From NCBI GenBank assembly GCA_030141605.1, contig JAQGDQ010000087.1, positions 372,001 through 436,000 on the forward strand: DNA of 64,000 bases. Direction: 5' to 3'. Below are positions 36,812 to 51,000 of this stretch, one piece after another (within the stretch, counting starts at the first letter, position 1; each line of letters opens with the position of its first letter). The DNA comes from Tubiluchus corallicola (lineage: Eukaryota; Animalia; Priapulida). The notes beneath the pieces were generated by a model, which did not search any database, had not been told where the DNA came from, and saw only the letters and a list, made by a program, of their open reading frames with translations. The position numbers were made by a program, and so were the translations under genes.

Positions 36812-39800
36812 GTATTTTCATTTTATTAGTTAATCGGCGTTTCACTGCTTGCTGTTCACAAGAAATAGCGTCATTTGTTGCTATGCTGTAGAGAGCAGTC
36901 ATAAAGTAGGTTAATGGCTGTATTTTAGTAAGGTAAATAACTAACGGTGTTGTAGCATTCTAAAATCGTATGTTCTTAACTTTTAGTCGAGATGAGGTAA
37001 TCCACTGAAATAGATATCTGACACTAACCTAGGACTAGGAGAATAGGGCTTTCACGTTTACATGTGTAAGTGAAGTGGTGTAACAGTAGTTGAAACATTT
37101 ACTTCTCTTAACTAGAGAATGTATAGTGGTAGGCCTGCTCATAAATTATGTTTTTTCAACATTAGTTTCGTCTGCTAGTGGCTAATACGTTAATGAGATG
37201 CATGATCATTAGTTTATGTAACTGTGGTTTTTACTACTGTGGTATTAGTTTATTTACTGTGGTATTATTGATGACCATCGACAACATTTCTAACCTTTGT
37301 TATGTTAAAATTTTATGCATCTAAGAGTACACTGTGGGAGAAAGATTTGAATGAATGGCTTCATAAGTTTCATGCCGAAGCAACAGTTTCTTCTACATTT
37401 TAATGTTTGGCAGTAGGTAAATTTGGAAGAATTTTATATTAAAATTCCATAACTACTTTTTTCAGTGTTAATAATAATAAAGTCTATATATGCTAGTTAT
37501 TTTTGTTTTAGTTTATACTGAAAGTTTTCCAGCATACATGATAGAACTGAGTATTTCAAATTTTTGTTTTTGATTTCATAATTAGGACTACAGTTCCTGC
37601 TTTTCGATTTACAATTCATCTCCTATAATTTTTTGTTTTTTGCTTTGCTATTAAGTTATAAACAATATTTATTTTGCATGGTAAAACTGATTATTTGCAT
37701 ATTTTTATAATTAAGATCCTGTTTTATGCTTTATCAGTTTATTTTTTACACTTTTTTGTTTTTTGCATTTTTATTAAACTTGCTGCTTTATTATCTTTTG
37801 TTTTTGTTTTGTTATTAAGGTGTGCTGCTCCATGCTTAAGAATAATTATTGCTGCTTGTTTGAATTATTCAATAATGATTTTGCATAGTGATTTTGAATG
37901 ATATTGCCCTTTTGATTTCATAATTAAGTTCCACCTTTTTGTTCTACCAGTTTCTTATACTTTTCTACTGATTTCTTATTTAATTTCCTGCTTTATGTTT
38001 GAGAACGATTATCATTGTTTGTTTAAGCCATAAATTAATGATTTGCATAGTCTTTGTCATTGTCATTGTCATTCTCCAATGTCACTTTCAGATTATTGTT
38101 GATTTGTGTATAATTTCGGCTTTGCTTTTGTTTTGCTGTCGTATAAATAAGTTGCTGTTTTTATTTTGTTTCTGTACTGTCTTCTTTGATACAATAGTCA
38201 CCTACATTTCTCTTTTATTCAATTAATGTTATTGTTTTTATTATTATGCTGGCAGTACTATGGCACTGTGACTTCTAAAATTGATACTTACTGAATAAGG
38301 GTGATTGATTTCATAACCAATTGGTTCTTCATCACCCTTTTTCCTGTTTTAAATTCCTTTTTTGTTTTGTTTCTTTAATTTGGTCATTTTTTTGCTGTGT
38401 ATACAAGATTATATGTATTTTTGGAAATAAAAATAAAGCAGTCTAATCTAATCTAATCTTGATTGATGAATTACTATTTATTTCAGCATAAATGCCATAA
38501 AACGTACAATTAATATTTACAATGACTAAAATTAGAAATACTCAAAACGGCTATATACAAAATGTGAATAAAAGCATTTAAAATTTACAATTTCATTTAA
38601 TCTAATACATGTAAGCAATTAGAAATTATGACACAGGTTTAAAAAACAACGGCTAAAATGAATGCATACAGACTACAGTTTTGAAAGAGAGCCACATATA
38701 TTGTGTTTAACCAAAGAGAAATTTATGTGTTACATAATCCAAATGTTAGTCCTAAACATATATATGAAAAGAATAAACCAAATAGTTTAGCTGATCCTCT
38801 AGCAGCAGTAATTAGCTAAGGCGTCTAGATGGCGAATTGCAAGCTAGTTCCTACAGATAAAAGTAATTATCAGAACTAAATAGTGGCAAGCAAAGAATTT
38901 ATCGCATGAGGTGGTACGTCATACTCACTCCCACACATACACATAATAACTATATATGTATAATATATAAATGGAATCGTTTCGTTTAGTAAGCGCCCTG
39001 TAAACGTTTAGCAAATTTTATAAACATGATGGTTCTAGAGAAGGCTAGGCAATAATAAATTCAGGTATAGCCTAGAGTGAAGTTATACATGTCTAAAAAA
39101 GTTGTATTAATTATGTTATGCTAGGAATAATGCTGTATGTGATGACTGTGGTCAGTTTTTTATATACCACTAGTCACTGTAGGACTGCAAAGCGAGAATT
39201 CAAAACGGGCCTTTGAACTAGACATATTCTTAGTATATCGGTTATTGCTTATACTTGTAGGTTTCACTGGTGGTTCTTGTGCATGTAATTTTGACTGTGA
39301 ATATTTTTTGATTTATTTACATTTAATTTTTACATGCTTCTGTTACAACTTTTGTATGAAACTCGCGTTATGGATATTCTTATGGATATAGCCTTATTAG
39401 TCCTGGAAATTCTTTTTCAGCTAAGAATGCAGTTCTAGTTCTCACTGGGTAGCTCAGGTAATATTATCGCTTCTCAGTTTTTCCACAATCCATTTATCCA
39501 TGGCATTGAATCTGTAAGGCTTTGCTTGGGAGACAAACACCTGATTTATTGTAAACTCCCTGGAACTCTGTTGGATATTGATGAATGAGCATGACATGAC
39601 CTAGAAAATTGCTCACATCATCCTCCCAAGCCCTTAATTGCAATGTAATACAAACATGCTTAGAAAATTAGCCTGATTGGGAATAACTGTTTACATCATG
39701 TATATCTCAGATCTTACAGACAAACTTACAAGTACAGTATCGATATCAACATCGAAATGGACCTTCACACTTCAGAAGAGGTTAGATTATATGGGGTTAT

Positions 39801-40482
39801 AGATGGGGTTAGTACTTGTACAGATTAACATTAATCTCTTTCTTTAAACTTTCCCTTCCAAAAACAGTAATGATTTTTAATGTAATTAAGAATACAGTAA
39901 TGGTACATAACCTTGCATGCATAAATCTTTGTGAGACTTAGTAGAAAAAAATGTCTGTCAATTTTTTGTGCTAAAACAGGATGAAAAATTTGGTGTCATT
40001 TCATTAGTTCACTTTACAACTACGGCTTTAATAATTTATTAAGACTGTTTCAAGCCTAATTCAGATTTAAAAGTTTAATTGTTTTAAGCTTTAAATGGTA
40101 CTACTGATTTTTTAAAAATAAATTTAGGGCACAATTCATTTTAGTTATAATGGATTGGTTTCAGAGTGAGTCAGTTTTAATTTTTTTCACATAAATAAAA
40201 TGCGGTAATGATAAGTTATTTTAGGTTGATAGAAGGCATCTTTCCACATTGTTTTTCAATGACTGCGTGCAGGATGTTTGTGAAAAATACCACGGTCTTT
40301 TATTCGCATTTATCAAATAATCATCAACACAACATGCTGTACCTATAAGTAAGTTGAATTCTTATTGGCCTTGGTCAGGCTTGGATCCTAGCAAGGTTAT
40401 CTGCTGGTGATTTGTTTTGCATATCAGGATAACAATTTGTTGCAGTTTCACTGTTCGATAGGCCTAAGATGGATATGCAGTC

Positions 40483-40850
40483 TTAAAGGAAAATAGAATG
40501 AGCCTAGCAATGATGTCACAGCACAGCTAAGCATTATATTATGGCAGAAACATTTTGTGAGCATGTCGCGCACCTTTGCCTATGAAGCAAAATTGAAATA
40601 CATTGCTACTGAGCAGCGCTTCTGTAAGCAGGTGTACCTGATCTGTGTGGTTCTTTGACTTTGACTTTATGCATGCTCTTTTACTGCAAACACTTATTAG
40701 TGGTAATCAAAATTTTGAGGAAGAATGATATTGCAAACTTTTGAGAAAAGTTTTTGAACAGTATTAGTTTTTTTGTTCCGTATTTATAAAAAACTCAGCA
40801 GAATTCATACATGTGCAACAGGCTTACTACATGGTTATTAAAGCTTACTG
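40483..40850 (+). mobile_element. Degenerate TTAA-flanked MITE, family B-related
   Basis: Starts TTAA|AGGAAAA; internal GTGAGCATGTCGCGC..GAAGCAAAATTGAAATACATTGCTACTG matches 62305-62360 and 41820-41870. Right end approximate. Confidence 0.5.
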
Positions 40851-41620
40851 TACTTGTTGAGACGTTCGCATCTCTGTCAGCTTTGTTGCTGTTGGATAGT
40901 GAATACTATAAAGTTATTTTAAATATAAAATTTTAAATGACGACAAAAAATACAGTGTGCATCATTTTATGATGAAAACCATAAGTATTCGACTACATGG
41001 TCAAACCACCTGATTTATACAAATTTCATTTTAGAGACTTGCAACCATGACATTTGTCCAGATGAAAGTTTTTTACTTTTTTAATAGCGACGAATATGTG
41101 GCAAATTAATTCCATGATTATTGGGTGTTCTTTTTCAAAAAAAACTTTTAAGTAAAACTTTTTCGCTTGCCAAAAATTGTCTGTAGGTTTAAAGTTTTCG
41201 TGATGCCTGTGTGGTCAAGATCATTGTTAAATAACCAGTAGAATTCATTTCTGTTAATGGCTTCTGTAAACAGGCCTATTATTCGTTAAATGATTATTGT
41301 AAACTGTATATTGCTGGCAGTGTTTGCGAACTTTGCAAGAAAGGCATGCAGTCATACACATTCATTTCCAACTTGCCATAATTGCATAGTTACAGACAAA
41401 TTACTAGGGCTTAATAACACGTTACGTGAACACGTTACCTGGGCTCTAATAATATGTGTTAAGCTACAATTAGTATATAGCGAGTTATGGAAACTTTGTT
41501 GTAAAAACACTGCTTGGGCTTGTATGTTGATCACTTGCCAGTATTGACTTCTGTCTGTTGTGGCGTTTATAAATCACTGCAAAGACTCTTGCCGATATCA
41601 GCATCATTGCTAAATACATT

Positions 41621-42253
41621 TTAAAGGAAGACAGGATGAGTTTTCATATCCTATCCCATTCTGAAGTGGGATAAAATTACATTTTAAAACTTATAGTAAT
41701 GCCATTTGAAGCATTTCTCCTAATTAAATAATAGGTTAAAAACTTAATTAAGACTAGGCGAGAGTAACTACTGTTGAGATCACCACTGAATATAATTTTC
41801 AACAGCAGCAAAATTCCTCGAGCGTGTTCCATGTGTTTGCAAAAGCAAAAATTGAAGTACAGTGCTACTGTACGTCATTCAGTGTAATATACGAAAACAC
41901 AAGAAGTTTTAAGTTTAAAATTCAAATTGTTATCCATTTGAACGAACTTTCGAACGTGTGTACTACATCACGACTGAACACCTATTAACTGACAGTTACA
42001 GCACACGTTTTGCTCAATGTGTTTCCGAGGTGCAGGCACTAGTGCCCATCTAACTAGCAAATGGCGAAATGCATGTAACAGCGAAGAACTAGCCACAAAA
42101 ATACGAAATTACCATTCTCTGATAATAGTTCTTTAACGTAAGTCATTTTTGACAAAATAGTATGTTCCCTTTCAATATTTTACAGGTTAGATTGTTTTAT
42201 TGGGCACGCTAAGCCCAAGCTATAGTTTAAGATTGTGTTCAGTTCTCCTTTAA
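41621..42253 (+). mobile_element. TTAA-flanked MITE (Kolobok-like), family B, full-length
   Basis: TTAA|AGGAAGAC ... GTTCTCCT|TTAA; body homologous to 62117-62560 and, inverted, to 27594-28095. Confidence 0.78.
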
Positions 42254-42702
42254 ACTGCTATGTCCTTGCTGTTAATACTATGCACTAGTTTGAGCTTTGA
42301 GAAAAGGGTTAAATTTATGGAGCATTTAACTCAGTTATACAGCTGTGAAATGGCAGGTTGATGCCTATAGATGTGTGAAAATTTCGCTTTCCATTCATGA
42401 CCTTGAAATGACCCGGTTCGTACTAACGTCTTATTTTTTTCACTAATTTTTCACAGTAGTAAGGGTTTAATGTTACAAATTTGCAGTGAAAATGAAATCA
42501 TCCTGTGTAAATGTGTACATGTGTAAATGGGTGAAAATTAATATCTTACTGCTTGGCCAGTCATTTACAGTGCTGGGCGTCCTCCTTACAAGCAAAGCTG
42601 TCTAAAGATCTACACTGATTGATAATCTCTGTGCATTGAATCAGTCTGTACAAGATTTCTCGAAAGAAGATAAATGGTGATTTATGAGGCTTCTTTCTTT
42701 AG

Positions 42703-42799
42703 AAGCTGACGATTATTGCACTGCAGTGGCTTCCTGTAACTTGGTTCAATACCTGCCCGCTGCACCTGTCTTCTAATCAATTGTGCTGCTGGCAGTCAG
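42703..42799 (+). other. Candidate non-coding (5' UTR) exon of the tubby gene
   Basis: Acceptor TTCTTTCTTTAG, a 97-nt GC-richer body without ATG, and donor CAG|GTACAG. No transcript evidence. Confidence 0.3.
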
Positions 42800-44966
42800 G
42801 TACAGTACGTACATGTGAATTATGATTGCGTGTGGAAACCAAACTTTGTTTGCTGTGCAAACACTAAATAGATGGCTCATTTTCTTGCGGTTATAATTCT
42901 GTTTTGTTAAGCTATAGCTACTACTTAGTGTACTCAAGTACTTTGCCTTAAGCTACTAGTAGTTAAACCTTTAGTTTATGAAAAGTTGAATTTACTTAAC
43001 AAATTTGTTGATAAAGTGCTTAATTGTGCATAAGGCAAATTGTAATTTAAGAAAATTTTAGGTTCTCTTACATAAAAGAATAATTATGTGATTAACTCTG
43101 ACATATGTGTGTTGTATACCTATAGATTTGCCGTAGTATTGTTAGACCATAGCATTATTAGTGTAGGTGTAGATATAAAAGAATTATGGTTAGGTTTTGT
43201 ACTGGCTAGTTGCTATATTGTAATAGTTGTTATAGTCACGCCTAAAACGTTTGTGACTGCTGCAATACCATTACAATTAGTTACAAATAGTCTTAGATGA
43301 GTCAATATATTGGTACATATACTGTGTGTGTTACTAAATGTGTTAAACTGCATATTAGACACGAAGGTGCACTGTGTGTCTTCTACTATCTAAAATCATT
43401 TAAAACTCAAGTGGGTAGTGACACATTTAATATTTTGTTTTGATAAGAATTTGTGACAAAACCATAACGTGACAACAAATGACAACCGGTGTGAATTGTC
43501 AGATAGAATGTATAAAACGTACAGATGAGGCATAATGTACAGATGACTTAGTAACTCGAAATTTCCACTTGATATCTGGAAATTCCCACTTTGTAATTCA
43601 AAATTTCACTTATTAACTTGAAATTTCGACGTAGTATTGTCTGGGTAGTTTCAACGTAGTATTGTCTGGCTACTGAAACATTTATGACAAATAGCACATT
43701 AAATGAATCGTCTCAGTCTCCGATGGTAACATAGAGGTTTATTTTTCAATACAGGATATCTGGGAAAACCGTGAAGCAAAAACCGTCGTTTTCGGCGATT
43801 TTGAGAAAAAATTTTGTCGAATATAACACAGCCACAAAATTCTGTATGTGGTTAGGCAACGTTGCTAATGTTCCGTTCTATAATGCTCTAACTGTGTAAT
43901 ATTGTAAGTTAGCCTGAGGTGCGTTTAGGCGTCATATTACTAATTTCTTTTTGTTTCTCAAATTTCAAATTTATCATTAATCTGGGCGGCACCAAGACAA
44001 GATTTTCTTCCTGGTGCTGTCCAGAGGCATACCCGTAGCCTCAATAAAAATTATACATGTGTTTTCTGTGTTAAAATTTGTGTTAATTTAACGCTTTCTG
44101 TGTAAATTATCGTTGTAAACTTGTACGTTCATGGTAAATCTAACAATAAAATTCTAATTCTAACTTCTTGACTACTTTGTTAGCACATAGGCTCTATAGT
44201 TTATGAGAACGACGGTCGTACATAGAAGGCAAATATCAAGAGTAATGAAGGTTTCTTTTACTGATAGAGTGCAAATGACCTCAATACCCTCAAGTGTCTA
44301 ACAAGAGATGTATAGATTCTGACTTCAATTAATTATGAGGTGGTAGTGCTTAAGACCATCCGAGAAGAGGAGCAAATTGTTAAACAGTAAAACACGTCTG
44401 TTTCCCAGTTTGTGTTAGACAGCAAGTTTTCAGTTTTAACTTAATTTTAACCATAACAATAACTCCTGACTAAAATCATTGTCAAACTTTAATTGTTATA
44501 AATACAAAAATAAAGCTTTCTGTTGGATATGTACAGGCTGGTACATTTTATTGTTAAATACATTTTTACTTATATTTTTACATAGTTGTTAAACACCCAG
44601 CATATAATACTGCCCAAAAAATTTAATGCAGAATGCTTTTTGGAGCCTTTGCTATAACTTAGATACAATTTATACATCTCAACAGTCACAAAATGGTTTG
44701 GTTTTTAATCTGATATTATTGGCAACTTGGTTAGTCTTAAATACTCGGTATTTTGGGCTACATAGGCAACACCAAATGAATGTTTTGAATTACTGAGTTG
44801 AAATTTCGTGATACTAATTCAAAATTTCGTTTTGCTGACTAAAAACTCAAAATTTAGACTTTAGTAAAACAAAATTTTGACTTCGTATCTGGAAATTCTG
44901 AGTTACTAAGTCGAAATAATAAATTTATTTCTTGTTTTAACTATGACTCTAATATAAGCTACCGTA

Positions 44967-45302
44967 GTAAAGAATAAAGAACTTGATTCGTTTATATTTT
45001 TCTGCAGATTGATTTTCAAACACACAAATGTGATGTTATTACTCTGTACAGTAAAGAATAAAGAACTTGATTGATTTATATTTTTCTGCAGATTGATTTT
45101 CAAACACACAAATGTGATGTTATTACTCTGTACAGTAAAGAATAAAGAACTTGATTCGTTTATATTTTTCTGCAGATTGATTTTCAAACACACAAATGTG
45201 ATGTTATTACTCTGTACAGTAAAGAATAAAGAACTTGATTCGTTTGTATTTTTCTGCGGATTGATTTTCAAACACACAAATGTGATATTATTACTCTGTA
45301 CA
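44967..45302. repeat. 84-bp tandem repeat, 4 near-identical copies
   Basis: Units start at 44967, 45051, 45135 and 45219 (GTAAAGAATAAAGAACTTGATT...TTACTCTGTACA). Confidence 0.97.
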
Positions 45303-45565
45303 TGTGTGTCCTACTGACAGTGAACACCTTACAAATTACTAACGTCAGAAATCAAGAGTAAATATAATAAGTTCTTAAATTGCCACCAATACTTTTATGT
45401 TAAAGAACAAGAAAACAGACTTCATAAATAAAGCTTAAAAACTCGCCTTGAAATTTTGTTATCACTTACATTCTGTCTTATTACATACAGGACTTGAGTT
45501 AGTGGTAACACTGTAAAAAACTTTTAAATTTTAGCTGTGATGTTAACTAACGATGACTGTTAGGT

Positions 45566-45770
45566 GCAGCCATTTTAACGGTGTCTTTTGAAACAAGTTT
45601 AAATAACATTGCGTGAAGTTTGAAAAAATAATCAGAGTATCCGTAGATCAAATAAACAACTGTATAAATATACTTCCCTAGATCAGTAAGGTTAATAATG
45701 TGTTTTTTAGTGAATCAGTGGTACACACTGGGATGGCGATGCAGTGCCGTTTTATCAGGTGCCACAAATA
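45566..45770. repeat. Dispersed repeat fragment (second copy about 57759-57990)
   Basis: Both copies share GCAGCCATTTTAACGGT..TTTGAAAC.AGTTTAA..GTTTGAAA.AAAT.ATCAGAG..CGTAG and TCAGT.GT.CACACT.GGA.GG. Confidence 0.7.
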
Positions 45771-48040
45771 TTTTAAATTATTAAGAATTTCCTTTTCCAA
45801 TTACGCAAGTCTTTAATGCTAAGTAATATAGCTTTGTATGGAACGTTCTTTGGGATGTACTTGAAAATTTCTTTTTCTTACCTTATTTAGCGTGCATCTA
45901 ACCCAAAATACTGGCTAGCAGCATGATTTAATTCGCGGGACTACTTGGCACACCTCTTGTTCATACAACCTACACACAGTTTAAATAATAGTACAGTAAC
46001 AGCATACACCTCTGTATACTGTGTTTGTTACTATAAATGTGCTGTTCCTTGCATTTTTGTAAATTGAAGACTGATTCTTATACGTTTATAAGAATATTGA
46101 GAGAAATGTTTTTATTAATAGGTAAATCATTACTCAGCAATAACGGCTTTGTTCATAGTGCTCTTCTTGCTGGGCCACCGGTTGTCTCCTTTACTACCTC
46201 TCAGTAAATTCTACCTGACGTGACGTCATAGCATGAAGTGTCATGGCAGGCTGTAATATCTGCTGCAGGGCCAATAGCATGCAATTTAAGTAACAATACC
46301 ACATAAATGTACACATTCAGAACTGTCTTAAAAGTTAAGAAATATGTAATTCCGCGTATGCCATAAAAGAAAATAACATAAAAAATAGTGTCATAGGACC
46401 TTTAATCAACTAGTTATCTTACTCTTATCTTATAGTTTTATTCCATTAGAATATACCTACTTATTTAGACTGAGCAAACTGTAAACTGTGGCAAACACAT
46501 TAACAGAACTATGATAGCTAGCTGTTTTATTGTCCTGCCACTAATGCAAAATTGCCTCAGATGCACCCAAACAATTTCAGTGCCCATTGTTTATTGACTG
46601 TCATCACCGTAATAGCTATATGGCATAATGCATTAATGTAGCCCTGGAATTTTATGGCTTGAAATGGCTTCATTTTGCAGTTTACTCTGGAAATAAATCG
46701 GTTTTGATGCAGCCTAGACAGTTTCTGTTTCAAAGTTTTTAAGTCAAACGTGGCGACTGTTAAATTAAAGAGAACTACGTTCCATGGAAAACGTAATATT
46801 ATATCATTTTGAAAGATAGAGATTTAATCATTAATCACAATTTTAAGTGATGTTGTTGTTGAATATTGATGAATCATGTTTGTGACAGGCTTAAATGCTG
46901 CTACTGTTATACTGTTTAAATCATTTTTCTTTGCTAGAAACTGGTGGATGGATTACTTTAGGCTGTAGCAGTTTCACTGCTGTCATTATCCACATTTATA
47001 CATTTTGGTAACTACTAATGCTTGTTCAGTAACGTGTACAAATAGATAAAAAATTTCCAATTCATGCGTGTAGAACTTTAGTTTAAGAGTTTCATCACTG
47101 TCATTGATACATTCTCTAAAATGTTATCAAATTCTTGTGACCAAAAGGCTTCATTACCGATTGAAAAATAATCATATGATATTATTAATATACCAACCAT
47201 ATGAAAGCCAGTTTAACATTTACTCAAATTTTTACGAGAAAGCGTTCTAATAACCACGAGACTTTTGTTTCAATTTTAAATCTCCTATGTGTCCAAAAGT
47301 CCGTGTGTCCAAATGTCCTATGTGTCCAAATAAACTGCGTCGAAAACGGCTACCACCGATAAAGCTGTGAATAATGATAGCTTTATTATAGTTATGAATA
47401 ATCATTGCATTTCCAGCGTGGGGTTGATCCTGGAAGGACTTGATGAAATTGAGGGCTATTAACTATAGCAAAAAATCGCATTATCAATAAAAATAGGCTT
47501 GAAATTTTTTATTATTCTTAAAGTAATGAAATTTTTATCAATATTGGTGACGTATCAGATTGCTGAAATATTGAAAGTACAGACTAAGGTTCAAAAAGGT
47601 AGTTTCAGCCACTTTAAGAACAATCATACATTCATACATCCTTGTGTAGGTTGCATGACACTTGTTTTAATAGCAACTTTAATGAAATTTATAATTAAGC
47701 ACAGAAGTATAACATCTAATGAAAGCTAAAATCAATATTTTATACAGTAACTTAAGGTTGTGTAGTTAATCTTATGTACGTTGTATGTCATTCTGCCTTT
47801 AATGGAGGTTTGGATGAAATTTACCTTTAGAAAGTATAAATGCTATTAAAAACTAGAAACAAACACTGATGCAGTAATACAAGGAAATAAACAAATACAG
47901 TGAGCAGAAGCATGGGTAATGGAATAGAATGTAATAAATCAAAAATCCTTATGAGTTCTGTATTTGCCATTTGCTGTGGTAGTCTTAAAATTTTTAGCAT
48001 TCACTTTTGCAGCATCTAAGGTGGTGCTTCCCCGTCCAGA

Positions 48041-51000
48041 ATGTCATCGTGGGTGAATCAAGAAGGGTCGGATACCACTACCACTAGCACAGTGACGCTA
48101 GATTCCACAGATGGAATACAAGCAGAGATCCGACAGCAGAAAATTGAGAAGCAGGTATGTTTTGCAAATGTTCTATTTGTACTTATCCATGGGTTATAAC
48201 TTCGTAAAAAAGTTTCATGGTTGCCTTTGCCTGACATAAAATAAGTTTTCAGATCATAATTCATTTTCTTGATAAACTTTTTCAAAGTTCCAGAGATTGA
48301 TGATAATGGTGAAAAGGTCAAAGGTAGAGTGTACTAGACAATGCATTTGTGTATACTTGTCAATGTCTCGTAGCCTAAGCTATTGTAATAGTAACAGTTT
48401 TAACTATTGGCAAGAACCATGTCTAGTTCATTTTTAGTACCCAAGCAAAATTCTGCTGGTAAGTCATTCTAAGCACACCCTAATGCATAATTAAGTAAAG
48501 TTCATTTAAAAAACTGAAGTTACTGAACTGATGTGGCAGACGGCTTTGCTTTACACACATGTCGCGTTTCTTTCTCTCCATTTCTTTCTCTCTCTTCCCC
48601 TCTCTCCATCTCTTTTGCAAAAGTTGAGTAATGTTGTGAGCAAAGTAGGGGATTTATTTTAATGAAAACTGCAATAGTCTGCATAGCAAATTATTTTTTG
48701 CAGATAAAAATGAAAAGCGTTTTCTTTTTACTTATATCACTAGAAATTAGCGTTTTATTACTGTAGAAAAAGTATTATTCGGAAAATAAAACGCTTGTCT
48801 AGCGATGTTTATATTTAAGACTGATACATGCACATAACGTGCGATACTAGTGTATTTGCGTAATTAGATAATATGAGGCACCAATTACTGAAGTAAAAAT
48901 AATCGGTGTTGGCGACTGTACAACGTGTCAGCCACTCGCTTGTCGATTCATAGATGGCAGCACAATGTATCAATGCACACAGACTCTGCGCACTTAAATC
49001 GAAATAACTGCAGCTACATGAACTCATTGAGCTGAGAGCTTAGAAGGATAGCAGCACATTTATTTCAGATTTCAGCCTTTTCCCTATTTTCCTTTTTAAC
49101 GATTGGCAGCATGTTGACTGTTTACTTCGTGTTACTTGTACAAATTATTTAGTAGTAAGCTGTTAGTTAGTAGAGTTATTTTTCAATTTTAATGAAATGG
49201 TATTTGTTCCCCAGTCATGCATCATTGTTCAAACACATGTGCTTGACCTCAGATTAGGCCTACTCCATTTATGAATATGTTTTATCCCAGTGCCAATAAA
49301 ACATGGTAGGGAACTTACACTATCTGGCAATTTCTGCATCTAAATAGAACTGCTTGACCCGTTAAAGCAGCTGGTAAACTTAGTAATGAATCATGGAATA
49401 AAGGGATTCCTGATTAAATGTGATTCATTCGAGCATTGTCTCTGGTGCTGTTGATCATATTAGCTTGCTAAAATTCTTGAGTTTAGGTTTGATGGTGTTG
49501 TCCTTCCCTTCTCACCTCGTTCTCACCTGAGTCTGCGTGAGAGCGTTTTGATCAATAATTTATCTGATTCATGTTACAAAATCTGGTGTTCCTCAAGGAT
49601 TTTGTCTATGGCCTCTTGTTCAGTGTGCATGGAGGCATTTTATTCTGAGTTTGTAGTATTCAACTGTCTCCGCTTGTTCATTGTTGTGTAGATTATACTT
49701 TACTGTACATGTCAAATAGCCCCACTGAATTCTGTTCTCAGTTTGATTCTCTCATTACTATAGAAAAGGCAATTGAACATATTTGGTAATAGTTGATTCC
49801 TTTCAAAATTGAGTGTCGCTTATCTACTAAATATAAATTTTCAAAATTGCTATTGACACGGTGACAGTGAAACCCGTTGGGGCCGTTTGTGTTAATTCTG
49901 TGAACGATTTTAGAATCTTTCGACTTCTTTTAGCAATGGGCAAAATTCCGATAACCACATGTCTCACAGCTGTAAATCTGCATACTTTTCAATCGTTACT
50001 TTCAGAGATTGCGAAATTATCGTTAGTCTAATTGCATTGCTGCGTAGGATTGGACATATTTGCATTGTTTTATTGTATCTGCATTGGTTGACTTTGGAGT
50101 TTGGACTAACATTTAAAACTTTGCTGCTACTTTCGAATAATGTCATGTGAGCATTTTTACGGGCCAAGTTGTCACCCTTATCTTCCGTTAGACATTTTAG
50201 GCATTTTGTAAAATCCAACCAACGCCGTGTTGTTTTTTGTAGGGAGAATTGATTGTTTCATTATCTGTGGCAAATCATTTATTTTGCTGATCATTGTTTA
50301 TGAAATAATTTATTACATAATGTTAGACTTATTCCTAAAATCATAATTAACTGTTCAAATTTTAGTTTTCTACTCCCAGTCTTACGATATGGTCACTAGA
50401 ACTAGATTTTGGTTAGTCGAAGCGTTCATCTAAGACAGAAGGACTGCTGGTGAATATCAAAAGAAAAGTGTGTGTGATTGGTCAGACTGCATTGAATTAG
50501 ATTTGATTAGATAAAATTTTGACTGGGAATGTTGGACAGCATTAGATAAATTTTATTCACGGTTGATGTACTACGACGTGCAGAGAATTGCTTCGGCATT
50601 GTGTTTCAGCTTTCAGTTCCACTTTAGCCAAATAACATTTCAGGCAATCAGCACTTACAGCCATTTACTGAATCTTAACACAATTTAGCCTTATGGAGCA
50701 CAAGGCAGTACAAGGTGTAGAATTGTTTAATTCAATAACATTCCCAGAGAAGTATAGAAAGTGGAAGCTAGAATTGACAGCTGATATTTACTGCTTGGTG
50801 ATACGTAATGCAAAATGACAGCATGTGTTATAAACCGGCAATATTTCTCCATAAAATGCAGAAATGAAAAACTGCTGCGAAAATTGCAAGAACCGCTTAC
50901 TGCACATTGTCATATATTGTTTTTATTGTCTTGTGCACATTGTTAAAATATAGAATCGGCTTTTGTTTTGGAACATGTCATGGATTATGTTGTTTTTAGT

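Noticed and set aside
44906-45317. Repetitive ORFs on both strands
   Set aside because: Translation of the 84-bp tandem repeat.
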